Shown: positions 37,501 through 51,287 of the stretch, piece after piece
How positions within the stretch are numbered: the stretch's first letter is position 1
How the letters are laid out: every line of letters begins with the position of its first letter
DNA from: Octopus sinensis
Lineage: Eukaryota
Assembly: GCF_006345805.1 (NCBI RefSeq)
Contig: NC_043000.1
Span: 21,638,001 to 21,702,000 of the forward strand
DNA: 64,000 nt
Direction: 5' to 3'
Notes under the pieces: model-generated
The model's input: the letters and a program-made list of their open reading frames with translations, nothing else
What the model was told of the DNA's origin: nothing
Databases searched by the model: none
Made by a program: the position numbers and the translations under genes

Positions 37501-39909
37501 GATTTTTACAGCTGGATACCTTTCCGAATACCAACCACTTTACAGTATGGACTGAGTGCTTTTAAGTGGCACCTGCACTGACAAGGTCACCAAGTATTTG
37601 CAAGACAAAATCTTTTAAGAGGGGAGGAGGTAATGAAAAGATTATAGTGAGACAGATACAGGTGTCTTGCTGTAGAGGAAGTACAAGGTTACCTAGCTGG
37701 AGAGAGAAAGGTCAAGAATGAAGACAGAAACAGATGTGCTACCGCAAAGAAAATACATGGTTGCCCAGCCTGAGGGGAGTGCAGGAGAGAGAGAGAGAGT
37801 GGGAAACAACAGAATGGAGATGGTGACAAAATGCTGGGTATACTAACAGGGATCAGTATAAATGAGATAGCTGAGTAAAGGAAGAGAGAGAGATATTTGA
37901 TCTATTTATTTTGTTGTAAGTTGTTAATGATTTCATTAATGTTTACAAACCTATCTCTTCTCTGCTGATATCAGTTTTCAAAGAAAAACAATTGATCTAT
38001 TTATTTTATTCACATTGTGTAAAGATGCACAGTTTTTCTATCACCAATAAAAAAAATATATATTGTCAAATTATATTTCACAATTTCTATTTTCCTATGT
38101 TTAATTAAGATGAGAGAACTTTCGAACACTTCAAAACTTCCATGCTTTCTGAGATTCGCCAACACTACACCTGATTTTCTCCCCTCCATACACACACAAG
38201 CATGTATCTGACTCATACATTGTTCGCTTTCCAGACATTTTTACATTACTGCATGTACTTTATATGCACTTTCTGACAAGTTGTGGTGCACCTGAGCACT
38301 GTATACCAGAATTTCATTATCATTATCATTATCAAACAGTGGCAAGTGCCAGGCCATACCCTTGAGGTTCAAATGTCATAAGTGACAGGATATTGTGAAG
38401 GGAGGGCGTGTAAGTGGCGAAAGACCTGGGCATATATAAAGTTGGAGTGGCTACCGAATAGCAATGATACAGAGGGACAGGATGGAGGAGTGGGAGCTAG
38501 GCATAGTGAATGGAGGAGGAAATGCAAGAAAACAAAGAGATGTAGATTGGTTTGTTGGGGTAGGGTGAGAGGAAAAGTTTTCTTGTTACATGTGGGTGGA
38601 ACACTCATGTCAGGGGCTAGCAGATGGCAATAACAGAGTGAGGTAAGGCATGTGGGTAGAATGCACAGGTCAGGGGCAAGCAGAGAGCAATGATACAGTG
38701 GCACTGGGCCAATAGGACAGGATTGGGGAGTGGGAGGTAATCGTAGTACATGAAACAGAAATGTGAGCAAGAAAAGGGATGTAGAGACGTAGTTTGGTTC
38801 ATTGTGGTAGAGTGTGGGTGGGACAAACAGTGCTTCTATATAAATGGTAGTCTCTGGAGTGTGAGAAAGAGGGTTCTGTAATTTCTTGCAGATCAAACTA
38901 CACGGATGATTTGTGTATACTTATCAAACACTTGTGCTGTACATAGCTCACTTTCTCCATCAAATCAATATTACCTGTACAGGTGCAAAGTGTGTCACAC
39001 CTCAGACATTTAGGTGATCACAAAACATGCAATGAATTGTTTTTGCTCAAGAGCACAATGCAGTGCCCATGATCTTGTGATCTCGAGGACAACATCCAAG
39101 CCACCAGGCCACATGCCTTCACTACATACCCACAAATACACACACAAAATGAGTTTCTTCCAATTCCGTTTTTCAAATCCACTCACAACTCTTTGGTTGT
39201 ATAGTACCATAGCAAGAGATATAGTAGAAGACTCCTGCTCAATGTGCCTTGCAATTGGAATGAACCCAAGGTTACATAATTGGTAAGCAAGCATTTTAAC
39301 CACACAGCCATACCTGTGCCTATATATTGCCAGATCTTAATTTTGTTGTTGTTATGTAAAGTATTGTAAGTCCACAATGTTGCTTTTTCAGAAAACAAAA
39401 AAATAGTTTTAGCATAGGCATAGGAGTGGCTGTGTGGTAAGTAGCTTGCTTACAAACCACATGGTTCCGGGTTCAGTCCCACTGCATGGCACCCTGGGCA
39501 AGTGTCTTCTATAGCCTTGGGCTGACCAAAACCTTGTGAGTGGATTTAGTAGACAGAAACTGAAAGAAGCCCGTCATATATATATAAATATATATGTGTA
39601 TATGTTTGTGTGTCTTTGTTTGTCCCCCCAACATCGCCCACAAGGGGCTAAACATAGAGGGGACAAACAAGAACAGACAAAGGGAGTAAGCCGATTAGAT
39701 CGATCCCAGTGTGTAACTGGTACTTAATTTATCGACCCTGTTCCCTTTTGTTTGTTTGTGCGCATGTGTGTGGGTCAGTGTGTGTGTGTGCCTATACATG
39801 TGTGTGTGTGTGTGTTTGCATGTGTATGTATGTATGTGTGTGTGTGCATGCATATGTATGTATGTGTGTGCATGCATATGTATGTATGTGTGTGCATCTG
39901 TATGTACGT

Positions 39910-42040
39910 ATCCTGCATAGACGATGTAATAAAGGCTATAGATGAAATGAAAATAGACTCAGCTACTGGCCCCGATGGATTCCCAGCAATCCTCCTAAAA
40001 GTATGTAAGAGAGTCCTAGCAAGACCACTGCAGTTCCTCTTTCAGAGCTTCCTTGCAACTGGCAAACTTCCAAGAAAACTGAAGGAAGGTAAAATATGCC
40101 CTATTCATAAAGGAGGTAGCAGAGCGGAGGCCAAGAACTACAGACCTATCTCTCTGACCTCACACATCATCAATGTCATGGAACGAATAGTCAGAAGGAA
40201 ACTGATCACCTTCCTTGAAGAAAATGACTTGCTGCCTGACACCCAACATGGTTTCCAACCAGGAAGAAGCTGCTTAACTCAGCTCCTACAACACTATGAC
40301 TGGGTGCTGAAACGACTGCTCAACCACTCAAATGTGGAAGGGATATATCTCGACTTTGCAAAGGCCTTTGATAAAGTCGATCATGGAATGATATGTCACA
40401 AACTGCGTGATCTTAGCATAGTTGGAAAACTGGGAGAATGGCTTCATGACTTTCTGAAAGATAGAAGTCAGGTGGTAGTAGCCAATTCCATTAATACGCA
40501 AATAGTGAGCGGTGTTCTGCAGGGCACTGTTTTGGGACCACTACTGTTCATAATGGCCCTCTCAGACATGCCCTCAGCCACACAGAGAGCCACGATCACA
40601 AGTTATGCAGATGATACAAAAGTTTCACAGGCAATACAGAACCCTGAGGACACTAAATGCCTGCAATGTGAGCTGGACAAAATATACAAGTGGGCTGAAA
40701 AGAATAGCATGCAGTTCAATGCTGAAAAGTTTCAAGCTTTATGCTATCAACATGCAAAACTAAATGCAATACCCAATGAATACACTGGACCCGGAGGAAT
40801 TGCAATCCCAGAGGCACAATCAGTGCGTGACCTGGGTATTTACATGAGTGATGACGCAACCTTTCGCGTACATGTTGCTAAATTGGCAATGAAATGTAGA
40901 TGACTGGCCGGATGGATTCTCAGAACCTTTAGAACAAGAGAACAAGAAACCATGATGGTCCTCTGGAGGACACTTGTCCTAAGCCACTTTGACTATTGCT
41001 CTCAGCTATGGTCAACATCCAGTGTCAAGTTGATCACAAAACTTGAGGCGATCCAACGTAGCTACACGAAGAAGATAGCCTCTGTGCAGAATATAAGCTA
41101 CTGGGAAAGACTCAAGAGATTAAAACTCTATTCCTTGGAGCGTAGGCGAGAAAGATATGCCGGCTACCCGCATGGTTCATGGTCTCAAAAATTTGTCCTA
41201 CGAAGAAAGGCTGAGGACGCTCGACCTTTATTCTCTTGAAAAACGCCGCCGCCGTGATGATCACATTCTCGCCCACAACATCATAAGCGGAAAGTGTAAC
41301 CTCTCGAAAGAGCTGTTCTTCACTCCTGCTCCAGAGCGTCGGCTGCGGGGTCATTCCGAAAAGCTCTACCTGCGACGATTTCATCTCAATCGAAGGAGAG
41401 GAGCTTTCTCCGTCCGGGTTGCGGATCCGTGGAACAAGCTGCCAGACGAGATGGTGAAGATGCCAACGACCGCTTTGTTCAAAGCCTCCCTGGACCTCAA
41501 GTGGCCTGAACTCTTTACATGAACACCACCCTGTACTTAACTCCATGTCCCCTACATGGCCTTGCTATTTGCTTTTGAGCCAAATTAACTAACTAACTAA
41601 CTAACATAATAGACATCTGGAAGGACTTGTCCCAAACTTTGGCATTGAGAGTTACACAAATGCCAGAACTGGGCGCCACTGCGTGGTGCCAAGGACTCCA
41701 AATTTGCCATCAAGATGTAGGACAAGATACTGTGATAGCCTGGGCTTCCGAGGCCCACAGCTCTTCAATATCCTCCCGAAGAACCTAAGAGACCTGCATG
41801 GGGTGGATGCAGATGTCTTTAAAATGAAACTGGATCTCTTCTTGTCAGGTATCCCAGATGAACCAACTTCACGGCAGGAGGTGCAGATCAGGGCAGCTGC
41901 ATCGAACTCTCTCACGCACCAAATGGCAGTTGCTAAAAAGCATCCGTGAAGTATAACCATGTAGCAACAGCAAATGGCGGTGCCCCAGCATGGCCACAGC
42001 TTGTGAGCTGAAACTAGAGTCAATCAATCAATCAATCAAA
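39910..42040 (+). mobile_element. CR1-type LINE (second family), RT pseudogene with nested insertion and (CAAT)n tail
   Basis: GPDG, NYRPISLT, QHGF, YLDFAKAFDKV and SYADD motifs. Stop at 40901-40903. The frame resumes at 41606 (IIxIWK...VPNFGI). Confidence 0.92.
41162..41605 (+). mobile_element. Nested CR1-type 3' fragment (third family) with (TAAC)n tail
   Basis: ATRMVHGLKNLSYEERLRTLDLYSLEKRR...LRGHSEKL...FSVRVADPWNKLP; interrupts the host at ERYA|II. Confidence 0.88.
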
Positions 42041-42638
42041 CATATACTCATATACATACATATACATACATCTCCTGCTGCATATACATATACCTATAGA
42101 CTTATATATATATATATATATATATATATGCATAGAATGGTTGATCCTCTCAATTTCGATACCATATGAGAAAGGCAAGAAATTCTGTCTTCTCTGCAAT
42201 TCTGAGCTATTTTTCATTATTTTTTCTAAAAATACTCTAGTAAACACGGTTATAGAATGAGCATACAGATGTAAGCATTGGCAGAAACATACATTTAGTG
42301 CATATAAGTAATCTCTATCATTATATATAATTTAAACTTTAATTTCCTTTATATTTAACTTTCACTATTAATATCCCTACTCTTTCTGTTATCTACTTAT
42401 GACCTTATATCATTTTCACGTTTTTTTAAACAATATTAATAGCGTTCTGTCTATCGCTATACAAATCCATCATTTTTTGCTAAAATGTCATATTGACGAG
42501 TTTCGTTTTTTTCACTTTCCCGAAGAGAAGATTGCATTGTTTATACCATTTATTCTTTTGAATAGTATCAGTGGAATTTTCGAAACATGTGCCGAAAGTA
42601 AAAATACTTGTTTAAACCTGCGTTAACTCAATTTTTTA

Positions 42639-42682
<44 letters not shown>

Positions 42683-42789
42683 TAGATAGATAGATAGTTA
42701 TAGATATATATATATAAATATACATACATAATATATATATGTTTATATAGAATGTATACACAATATATATATGAAATAATTATATATAT

Positions 42790-42853
<64 letters not shown>

Positions 42854-42861
42854 ATGTATAT

Positions 42862-42892
<31 letters not shown>

Positions 42893-42899
42893 GTGTATG

Positions 42900-42960
<61 letters not shown>

Positions 42961-43529
42961 CATGCATATTTATGTGTGTGTATATATATATATGTATCTA
43001 TATGTTTTATGATCTAAAATGCTCCAGCTAGGGCGTGGTTGAACAAATCTTACGAAATTGAACCATATTCATTATTGAATAGAAATTTAATCTGTTTCTC
43101 CTGTAAATATTTAACTTCCTAAGTAAAGCGGCAACGTGACTTAACTATGAAAAGGAGAGGGAGAGACTAAGAGTGAGGGAGAGAGAGGCAGACTGACAGG
43201 CAGAGGGTGGGTGCAATAAAGCATAGAGAGATATAACAACGCAACAACTAAAAAATATCGGACAATGATTTTAACAAATTAAAGAAAAAAAAAGACACAG
43301 ACATACATTTGGATGAGTGTATATAATACTTGTATACATGTATATATGTGTATATGTGTATATGTGTGTGTGTATACATATATTTACATGTATATCTATA
43401 TATATAGATATATATATATACATATACATACATAATATGTATATATACACAATATATATATGTATATAGAGAACGTATACACAATATATATATGAAATAA
43501 TTGTATATACATATATTTACATGTATGTA

Positions 43530-43567
<38 letters not shown>

Positions 43568-43629
43568 GATAGATAGATAGATAGATACGTAGATAGACAC
43601 ACAGACAGACAGATAGATATACATATATA

Positions 43630-44290
43630 TAGAAGGTGGGCCGCTCATATACACAGCAAAGTTAACATGGTCAGCAGAATGTGTTCCTGGATTCTCAGAA
43701 CTTTCCAGTCGAGAGATATCCTGATATCCTCACCATTATCCTTCTCTTCTCCACTTTTGCCTGACCCCTCTTTCAATACAGTTGTCCACTTTGGTCTCCC
43801 CTCATAGAACAAATTCCCATGAAACATGAAGCACCTCAAACGTCAATTACAAAAATGACAGTCCTTGACCATTGGAGTCGACTAGAAAAGCTCAAGCTTT
43901 ATTCTCTTCGATGTCGTCATGAGCGCTGTATCATCTGCATGAGGTGGAAAATATTCCAGCAGCAGTTCCCGAATGATGCTGGCATCTCCTTTAAGATACA
44001 CCCAAGACTTCTGCCCCATGCGATCCACCAACCACATAAATCCCACTTGCATCTCATAATAACAATTTGGCACGATTATTTCACATCAAGTGGCCCCACT
44101 CTCTTTAACATGATATCAAAACACATTAAAGCAGAAACAGACCCCCATAAAGTTCAAGAAGTCTCAGGAAAAACTCCTTCAAAAAATCCCGAATAAACTT
44201 CGTTCACCAAGATATATCTCTGTAAACTATAACTCTCTACTTGGGTGGGACATGGTGTCCGACTTCTGATTTGACTAAAATCGCCAAGTG
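43630..44290 (+). pseudogene. Degenerate CR1-type LINE fragment (duplicate at ~53434-54090)
   Basis: RLEKLKLYSLRCRHERCIICMRWKIF; related to the 49.5-50.45 kb element. Confidence 0.8.
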
Positions 44291-44322
<32 letters not shown>

Positions 44323-44414
44323 TATACACATATACATACATATATACATATACATACATATATACGTATACACATAGACATATATATGTATATATATATA
44401 TTATACATATACAT

Positions 44415-44451
<37 letters not shown>

Positions 44452-44464
44452 CATATATATACAT

Positions 44465-44508
<44 letters not shown>

Positions 44509-44510
<2 letters not shown>

Positions 44511-46857
44511 CATCATCATCATCATCATCATCGTTTAACGTCCGCTTTCCCTGCTAGCATGGGTTGGACTGTTCAACTGGGGTCTGGCAAGCCCGAAGGC
44601 TGCACCAGGCCAATCAGATCTGGCAGTGTTTCTACAGCTGGATGCCCTTCTTAACGCCAACCACTCCGAGAGTGTAGTGGGTGATTTTATGTGCCACCGA
44701 CACAGGTGCCAGACGAGGCTGGCAGACGGCCACGCTCGGATGGTGTTTTTTATGTGCCACCGACACAGGTGCCAGATGAGGCTGGCTGACGGCCACGCTC
44801 GGATGGTGTTTTCTTATGTGTCACCGACACAGGTGCCAGACGAGGCTGGCGGACGGCCACGCTCGGATGGTGTTTGTTACGTGCCCTCAGCACGGAGGCC
44901 AGTCATTGCGGTACTGGCTACGGTCACGTTCGGATGGTTTTCTTATGTGCCACCGCCACTGGTACCACAAGGATACAAATCCCATTGATGTTCATCTATT
45001 TTGATTTGGTTCGATTTGATTTGATTTGATTCGATTCTCACTTGCCTCAACAGGTCTTCACAAGTGTCACAAGAAGGAAGGTATGCACAGGTGGACTGAC
45101 TACGTCCCAGGTAAGGGCCACGGGTTATGGCTTCACTAGTCTTGCCGGGTCTTCTCACGCACAGCATACTTCCATAGGTCTCGGTCTCTAGTCATTTCCA
45201 TGGTGAGACCTAACGTCCGACGGTCGTGCTTCACCACCTCGTCCCAGGTTTTCCTAGGTCTACCTCTTCCACGGGTTCCCTCAACTGCTAGGGATTGGCA
45301 CTTTCTCACATACCTATCTTCATCCATTCTCGCCACATGACCATACCAGCGCAATCGTCTCTCTTGCACACCACAACTGATGCTTCTTAGGTACAACATT
45401 TCTCTCAAGGTACTAACGCTCTGTCGAGTAAGTACACTGACATTACACATCCATCGGAGCATACTGGCTTCGTTCCTCACGAGCTTACGCATGTCCTCAG
45501 CAGTCACGGCCCATGTTTCACTGCCATGTAGCATAGCTGTTCGAACACATGCATCATACAGTCTGCCTTTTACTCTGAGCGAGAGGCCTTTAGTCACCAG
45601 CAGAGGTAAGAGCTCCCTAAACTTTGCCCAGGCTATTCTTATTCTAGCAGTTACACTTTCAGTGCACCCACCCCCACTACTGACTTGGTCACCTAGATAG
45701 CGGAAGCTATCAACTACTTCTAGTTTTTCCCCCCGGAAAGTGACGGAAGTTGTTTTCTGCAGATTTTCGGAGGTCAATGCTCCAGAGCATCTGCCACATA
45801 CAAAAACTATCTTCCCAGTTAGCCTACCTTTGACATTGCTGCACCTCTTATGTGTCCATAGCTTACACTGGGTACATCTTATAGAGTTTCTACCTACACC
45901 TTTTCTACAGATCGAGCAGGGCCATCTTCCTGAGGATATTTGTGGATTGTCTACCTTTCTACTTATTAGTACTTTAGTTTTAGCTAGGTTGACTCTAAGG
46001 CCCCTCGATTCTAAACCCTCCTTCCACACCTGGAACTTCTCCTCCAGTTCTGATAGTGACTCAGCAATTAGAGCGAGGTCGTCAGCATAGAGGAGCTCCC
46101 AGGGGCAACCTGTCTTGAATTCCTCCACAATTGCCTGGAGGACTATGATAAATAGGAGGGGGCTGGGTACTGAACCCTGGTGGACCCCAACCTCTACTTT
46201 GAATTCTTCTGTGTACATGTTGCCAACTCTAACCTTACTTATGGCATCTCTGTACATGGCTTGCACAGCCCTCACCAGCCATTCATCTATCCCTAGTTTC
46301 CTCATTGACCACCAGATGAGGGATCGGGGGACCCTATCAAAGGCTTTCTCCATGTCAACGAAAGCCAGGTACAGGGGCTTATCTTTGGCTAGGTATTTCT
46401 CCTGCAGCTGCCTTACCAGGAATATAGCATCAGTGGTGCTTTTCCCTGGGACAACCCAAACTGCATCTCATCTAACTAACTCTCTCTCTAATTAGTTGGG
46501 CTATGACCCTCTCCGTAACATTCATTACCTGATCCAACAGCTTGATACCTCTGTAATTATTTGTATCTAGGGCATCACCTTTACCTTTGTAGCAGTTGAC
46601 TAGTATGCTGCTACACCAGTCATTGGGTATGACTCCTTCGTGTATCACCTGGTTGACTATACGGGTGACTAGGTTTTAGCCAACACTGCCAGATATTTTG
46701 AGCATCACTGCAGCAATTCCTGATGGCCTGGGGCTTTCCTGTCTTCCCTGCTTCAGCTTCTATTGCCTTAGCTACCACGGAACTATCAACTCGGATAGCT
46801 GGTCCCTCTGTTGGGTCAACATTCGGCAGACTCTCTTTATCCCATTCATTTTCTTTA

Positions 46858-46858
<1 letters not shown>
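44509..46858 (-). mobile_element. 5'-truncated RTE-clade LINE, copy 1, in (TA)n
   Basis: RT motifs VDMEKAFDRVP, GVHQGS and LLYADD, plus GRGRPRKTW. Frameshifts near 46450-46770. (GAT)n tail. Confidence 0.93.
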
Positions 46859-46904
<46 letters not shown>

Positions 46905-48346
46905 ATATATATTTATATATACAAACTATACTACTCAAAACACCATACCTTCCCACTGCTTCCCCCAAAGAATGTGTCTATATGTGTTTAAAATGATGAA
47001 GTATGTATGTATATATCCATAATAAGTGCATGTATGTGTATATGTGTGCCTCTGTGTATGTGTGTGTGTGAAAGGCACCTCATTTTATGGGGGGGGGGTT
47101 CTTGCGCATGGGATCATAGTGCCCTCACATTGGGACTTGATAGCTTGTCCTGGCTTGTTTCTGGATCATGTAAATAGGGTGCAAAGGATCAGTGAGGGAT
47201 CAGCCCAACCTTATTGGATTTAAAATTCTAGGTCGTACAATCGCTAGGTAAGAGTCATTTACCATGCTTGGTCAATTAGGAGGGCCCTGCGGCATGCATG
47301 AAGGCCACAGCTGCAAATCTGAATAAAGCTGCCATGAACACAATACTACTTAGAACTGTCCTTGCAGACATTTCACATGGTAGATGGTCAGTGATGACCT
47401 TTTTACTCATGAGTGGATAGCCATCGTCATCATCACCATATATACATAAATACATATATACATACACGAAGAATTCATGTTTACATATATACATAACTAC
47501 AAACAATCATACACACACATATACACATATACATACATATATACATATACATACACACACACACACATATCTGTGCAAACATAAACAACAACATAGTTAA
47601 ATACAAATACAACTGTACACATACACCCACATACATTCATCATACACACGTATTTATATCCATATATGTACATATACATAGCTATCTGCGTACCTGCTAT
47701 TTCTTACACAATGAAACACTATTTCTTTTCTTTAACAATTCTAAAGAAATTCTAAAATATCTCAATTTATTGTCATTAAATTTCTTATCCCTATTCAAAT
47801 CTTAGGTCAACCTTTTGTGTCAATTTAGAAACACGCATGAATAAATGTATGTGGGTGTATGTATTTAGAAAAAATAGGTAAGACCGAAATATGTATATGC
47901 TCACACCTCTCCTTCAATTCATCTATCTGTCTATACATACATGCATATACTCATATATACATATATATATAAATTGAATGTATAGACATATAAGTATATA
48001 ATTAGGGGATATGTTAACCTTTTGAAGGGATGGTTGAATTCAAGAAAACACTGGTTGAATACCTAGTATTTTGGGGCAATGAAATACCCTTAAAACAATA
48101 GGTATATATTAAGAATATAGTTTATATCCATTTCAAAAAGAAAAGAAAATGGAGATAAGGAAGTTGATAATTGTTTATTGCTTAGAAAGTGGTCATCTTC
48201 GCTGCTTACAATTGTTTCAATAAATTAATTACAAATTTGTACATTGATATTACATTTATGTGACCAAAGAAAAAAAGCTGCTCCTTTTGATGTTATATAT
48301 GGACTCATCTTCTTTTTTCCTTTTAAACGGATGTAAACTCTGTGTG

Positions 48347-48415
<69 letters not shown>

Positions 48416-48829
48416 ACATATGTATGTATATATATATGTGTGTATATGTATATGTATATATCTGTACACGTCTCTCATTGGACACTAAACTTCAGTTTTG
48501 AGGACCTGTTAAGGCAAGTGAAATCAAATTCGTTGAGATGACCGATGATAGCACCGCCTGACTGGCAACCACACCAGTGGAATACTAAAAGCACCATCCG
48601 AGCATGAATGTTGTCAGTGCCGCTGTACTAGCTCCTGTTCTGGTGGCATGTAAAAAACACCATTTGAGTGTGGCTATTGGCAGTACCACATGGCTGGCTC
48701 TCGTGCCAGTGGCACGTAAAAGCACCCATTACACTCTTGGAGTGGTAGGTGTTAGAAGGGCATCCAGCGGTAGAAACCCTACCTGATCAGATAGGAGCCC
48801 GGTGCAGCCTTCTGGGCAGGATCTTCCAG

Positions 48830-49330
48830 ATATATATTACTGCGTACCTCTCCTGTCTTCTCTCCGGGGAGTAGAGTCTTAAGTGTTTCAACCTTTCCCA
48901 GTAGCTGAGCTGTTACAAAGAAACGATTTTCTTTGTGAATCTTCTCTGGATTGCTTCAAGGTCTGCTGTTAATTTCACGCAGGTGGCTGACCATAGCTGT
49001 GAGCAATAATCCAGGTAGCTGAGGACGAATGTCCGCCAGTGGACCATCATGGTTTCCTTATCTCTTGTTCGGAATGTTCTTAGGATCCATCCAGTCAGTC
49101 GTCTGCACTTTGTCGCCATCATGGTAATTTGCACTTGGAAAGAGGTATCATAACTCATGTCTATACCCAGGTCCCTCACTGACTAAGCTCTGGGACTGAA
49201 ATTCCCTGTGGACCAGTGTCCCCTGTAAGTTAGGTTTTGTTGCTGGTGGTGTGGGGCTTGGAATTTTTCAGCATTAAACTGCATATTATTATCCTCAGCC
49301 AATCTGTAAATGGATTCCAACTCCTTCTGC
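48830..49330 (-). pseudogene. CR1-type LINE fragment of the 39.9-kb family (duplicate at ~58680-59180)
   Basis: RDLGIDMS...GWILRTFRTRDKETMMVHWRTFVLSYLDYCSQLWS. Confidence 0.85.
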
Positions 49331-49370
49331 ATATTCATATACCTATAGACTTATATATATATATATACAT

Positions 49371-49421
<51 letters not shown>

Positions 49422-49474
49422 ATAGATATATATATATATAGATAGATAGATAGATAGGTAGATAGATATAGATA

Positions 49475-50452
49475 TAACTTAACTTAGAATAACTTAGAAA
49501 GGTTTTGGCCAGTATTGGCCCAGGCCATGTCTAACTTAATAGCACCACCTGGTGAAGTCTTTCAGTTCAGGATTTGGGCACCAAGGCCCATTCGAGCAGA
49601 GAGTTATTGTTTGCGGAGACATATCCGGGTGTGGGTGGTTTGTCCGGTACTGTTTGAAGGAATTTGTCCAAAGACTTCTTGAATTTTGTGTGGTCAGTTT
49701 CTTTTTTGACGTGCCCTGGTGTAATGTTGAAGAGAGCAGGTCAATTGAGTGAAATAGTTTGTGCCGTATTGTCGTTATGTGATGCGATTTAGATTTTTGT
49801 TGTGGACGGATGGCACGTGGTCCAAGCTTGGATGCATTTTGAAGGTGATGCCAACATCATTCGGACAGTGCTGGTGGAATATTTTCCACATCATACAGAT
49901 AATGTAGCGTTCACGGCGTCGTTGGAGTGAATACAATTTCAGCTTCTCTAGTCTACCCCAGTAGTCAAGGTCTGACATGCCATCTATCTTTTTTGTGATT
50001 GACCTTTGGGGAGCTTCAATTCTCATAATATTTTGTTTTTGTAGGGAGACCACAGTGGACAGCAGTATTCAAGGTGGGGTCGGGCAAAAGTGGAGAAGAG
50101 AAGGATAATAGCGTGGGAATCTCTCGACTGGAAGGTTCTGAGAATCCAGGAACACATTCTGCGGGCCATGTCAACTTTGCTGCTTATATGTGTAGCCCAG
50201 CTTATGTTGTTGTCCACTGTTACTCCCAGGTCTCTGATGTTGTTGGATGCCATAAGAATTTCTCCAGAAGGAAGAGAGTATGGGAGTTTCAGAGCGTCCT
50301 CCCTTCCAAAGTGGATCAGTTCAAATTTGTCTTCATTTAGCAACATGTTATTCTTTTCCGCCCATTGGACAACAGCCAGTAGGTCTGACTGAAGGTTTAT
50401 TTGGTCATCCACGCCATTGATGACCTTCTGGAGCTTCTGACCTTCTGGAGCT
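49475..50452 (-). mobile_element. 5'-truncated CR1-type LINE in (TA)n (duplicate at ~59318-60301)
   Basis: LQSDL..V.QWAEKNNM, RDLGV, RPHLEYCCPLWSP and LYSLQRRRERY motifs; TAAGT-type tail. Confidence 0.9.
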
Positions 50453-50529
50453 ATGTATATATATATACATATACATACATAATATATATATATATATATA
50501 GATAGATAGATATATATACATATACATAC

Positions 50530-50571
<42 letters not shown>

Positions 50572-50572
50572 A

Positions 50573-50645
<73 letters not shown>

Positions 50646-50673
50646 TAGATATATATATACATATACATACATA

Positions 50674-50873
<200 letters not shown>

Positions 50874-51287
50874 CATATACATGTATATTTATGTGTGTGT
50901 ATATATATGTATGTTTATGATCTAAAATGCTCCAGCTAGGGTGTGGTTTAACAAATCTTATGAAATTGAACCATATTCATTGTTGAATAGAATCTAATCT
51001 GTTTCTCCTCTAAATATTTAACTTCCTAAGTAAAGCGGCAACGTGACTTAACTATGAAAATGAGAGGGAGAGACTAAGAGTGAGAGGGTGGGGAGGGAGA
51101 GAGAGGCAGACAGACAGGCAGAGGGGTGGGTGCAATAAAGCATAGAGAGATATAACAAAGCAACAACTAAAAAAAATCGGACAATGATTTTAACAAATTA
51201 AAGAAAAGCAGACACTGACATACATTTGGATGAGTGTATATAATACTTATATACATATATATATATATATATATATACTAGCAGAAT

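Noticed and set aside
39752-39910. Cys/Val-rich N-terminus of the 383-aa RT ORF
   Set aside because: Microsatellite fortuitously in frame with a truncated LINE.
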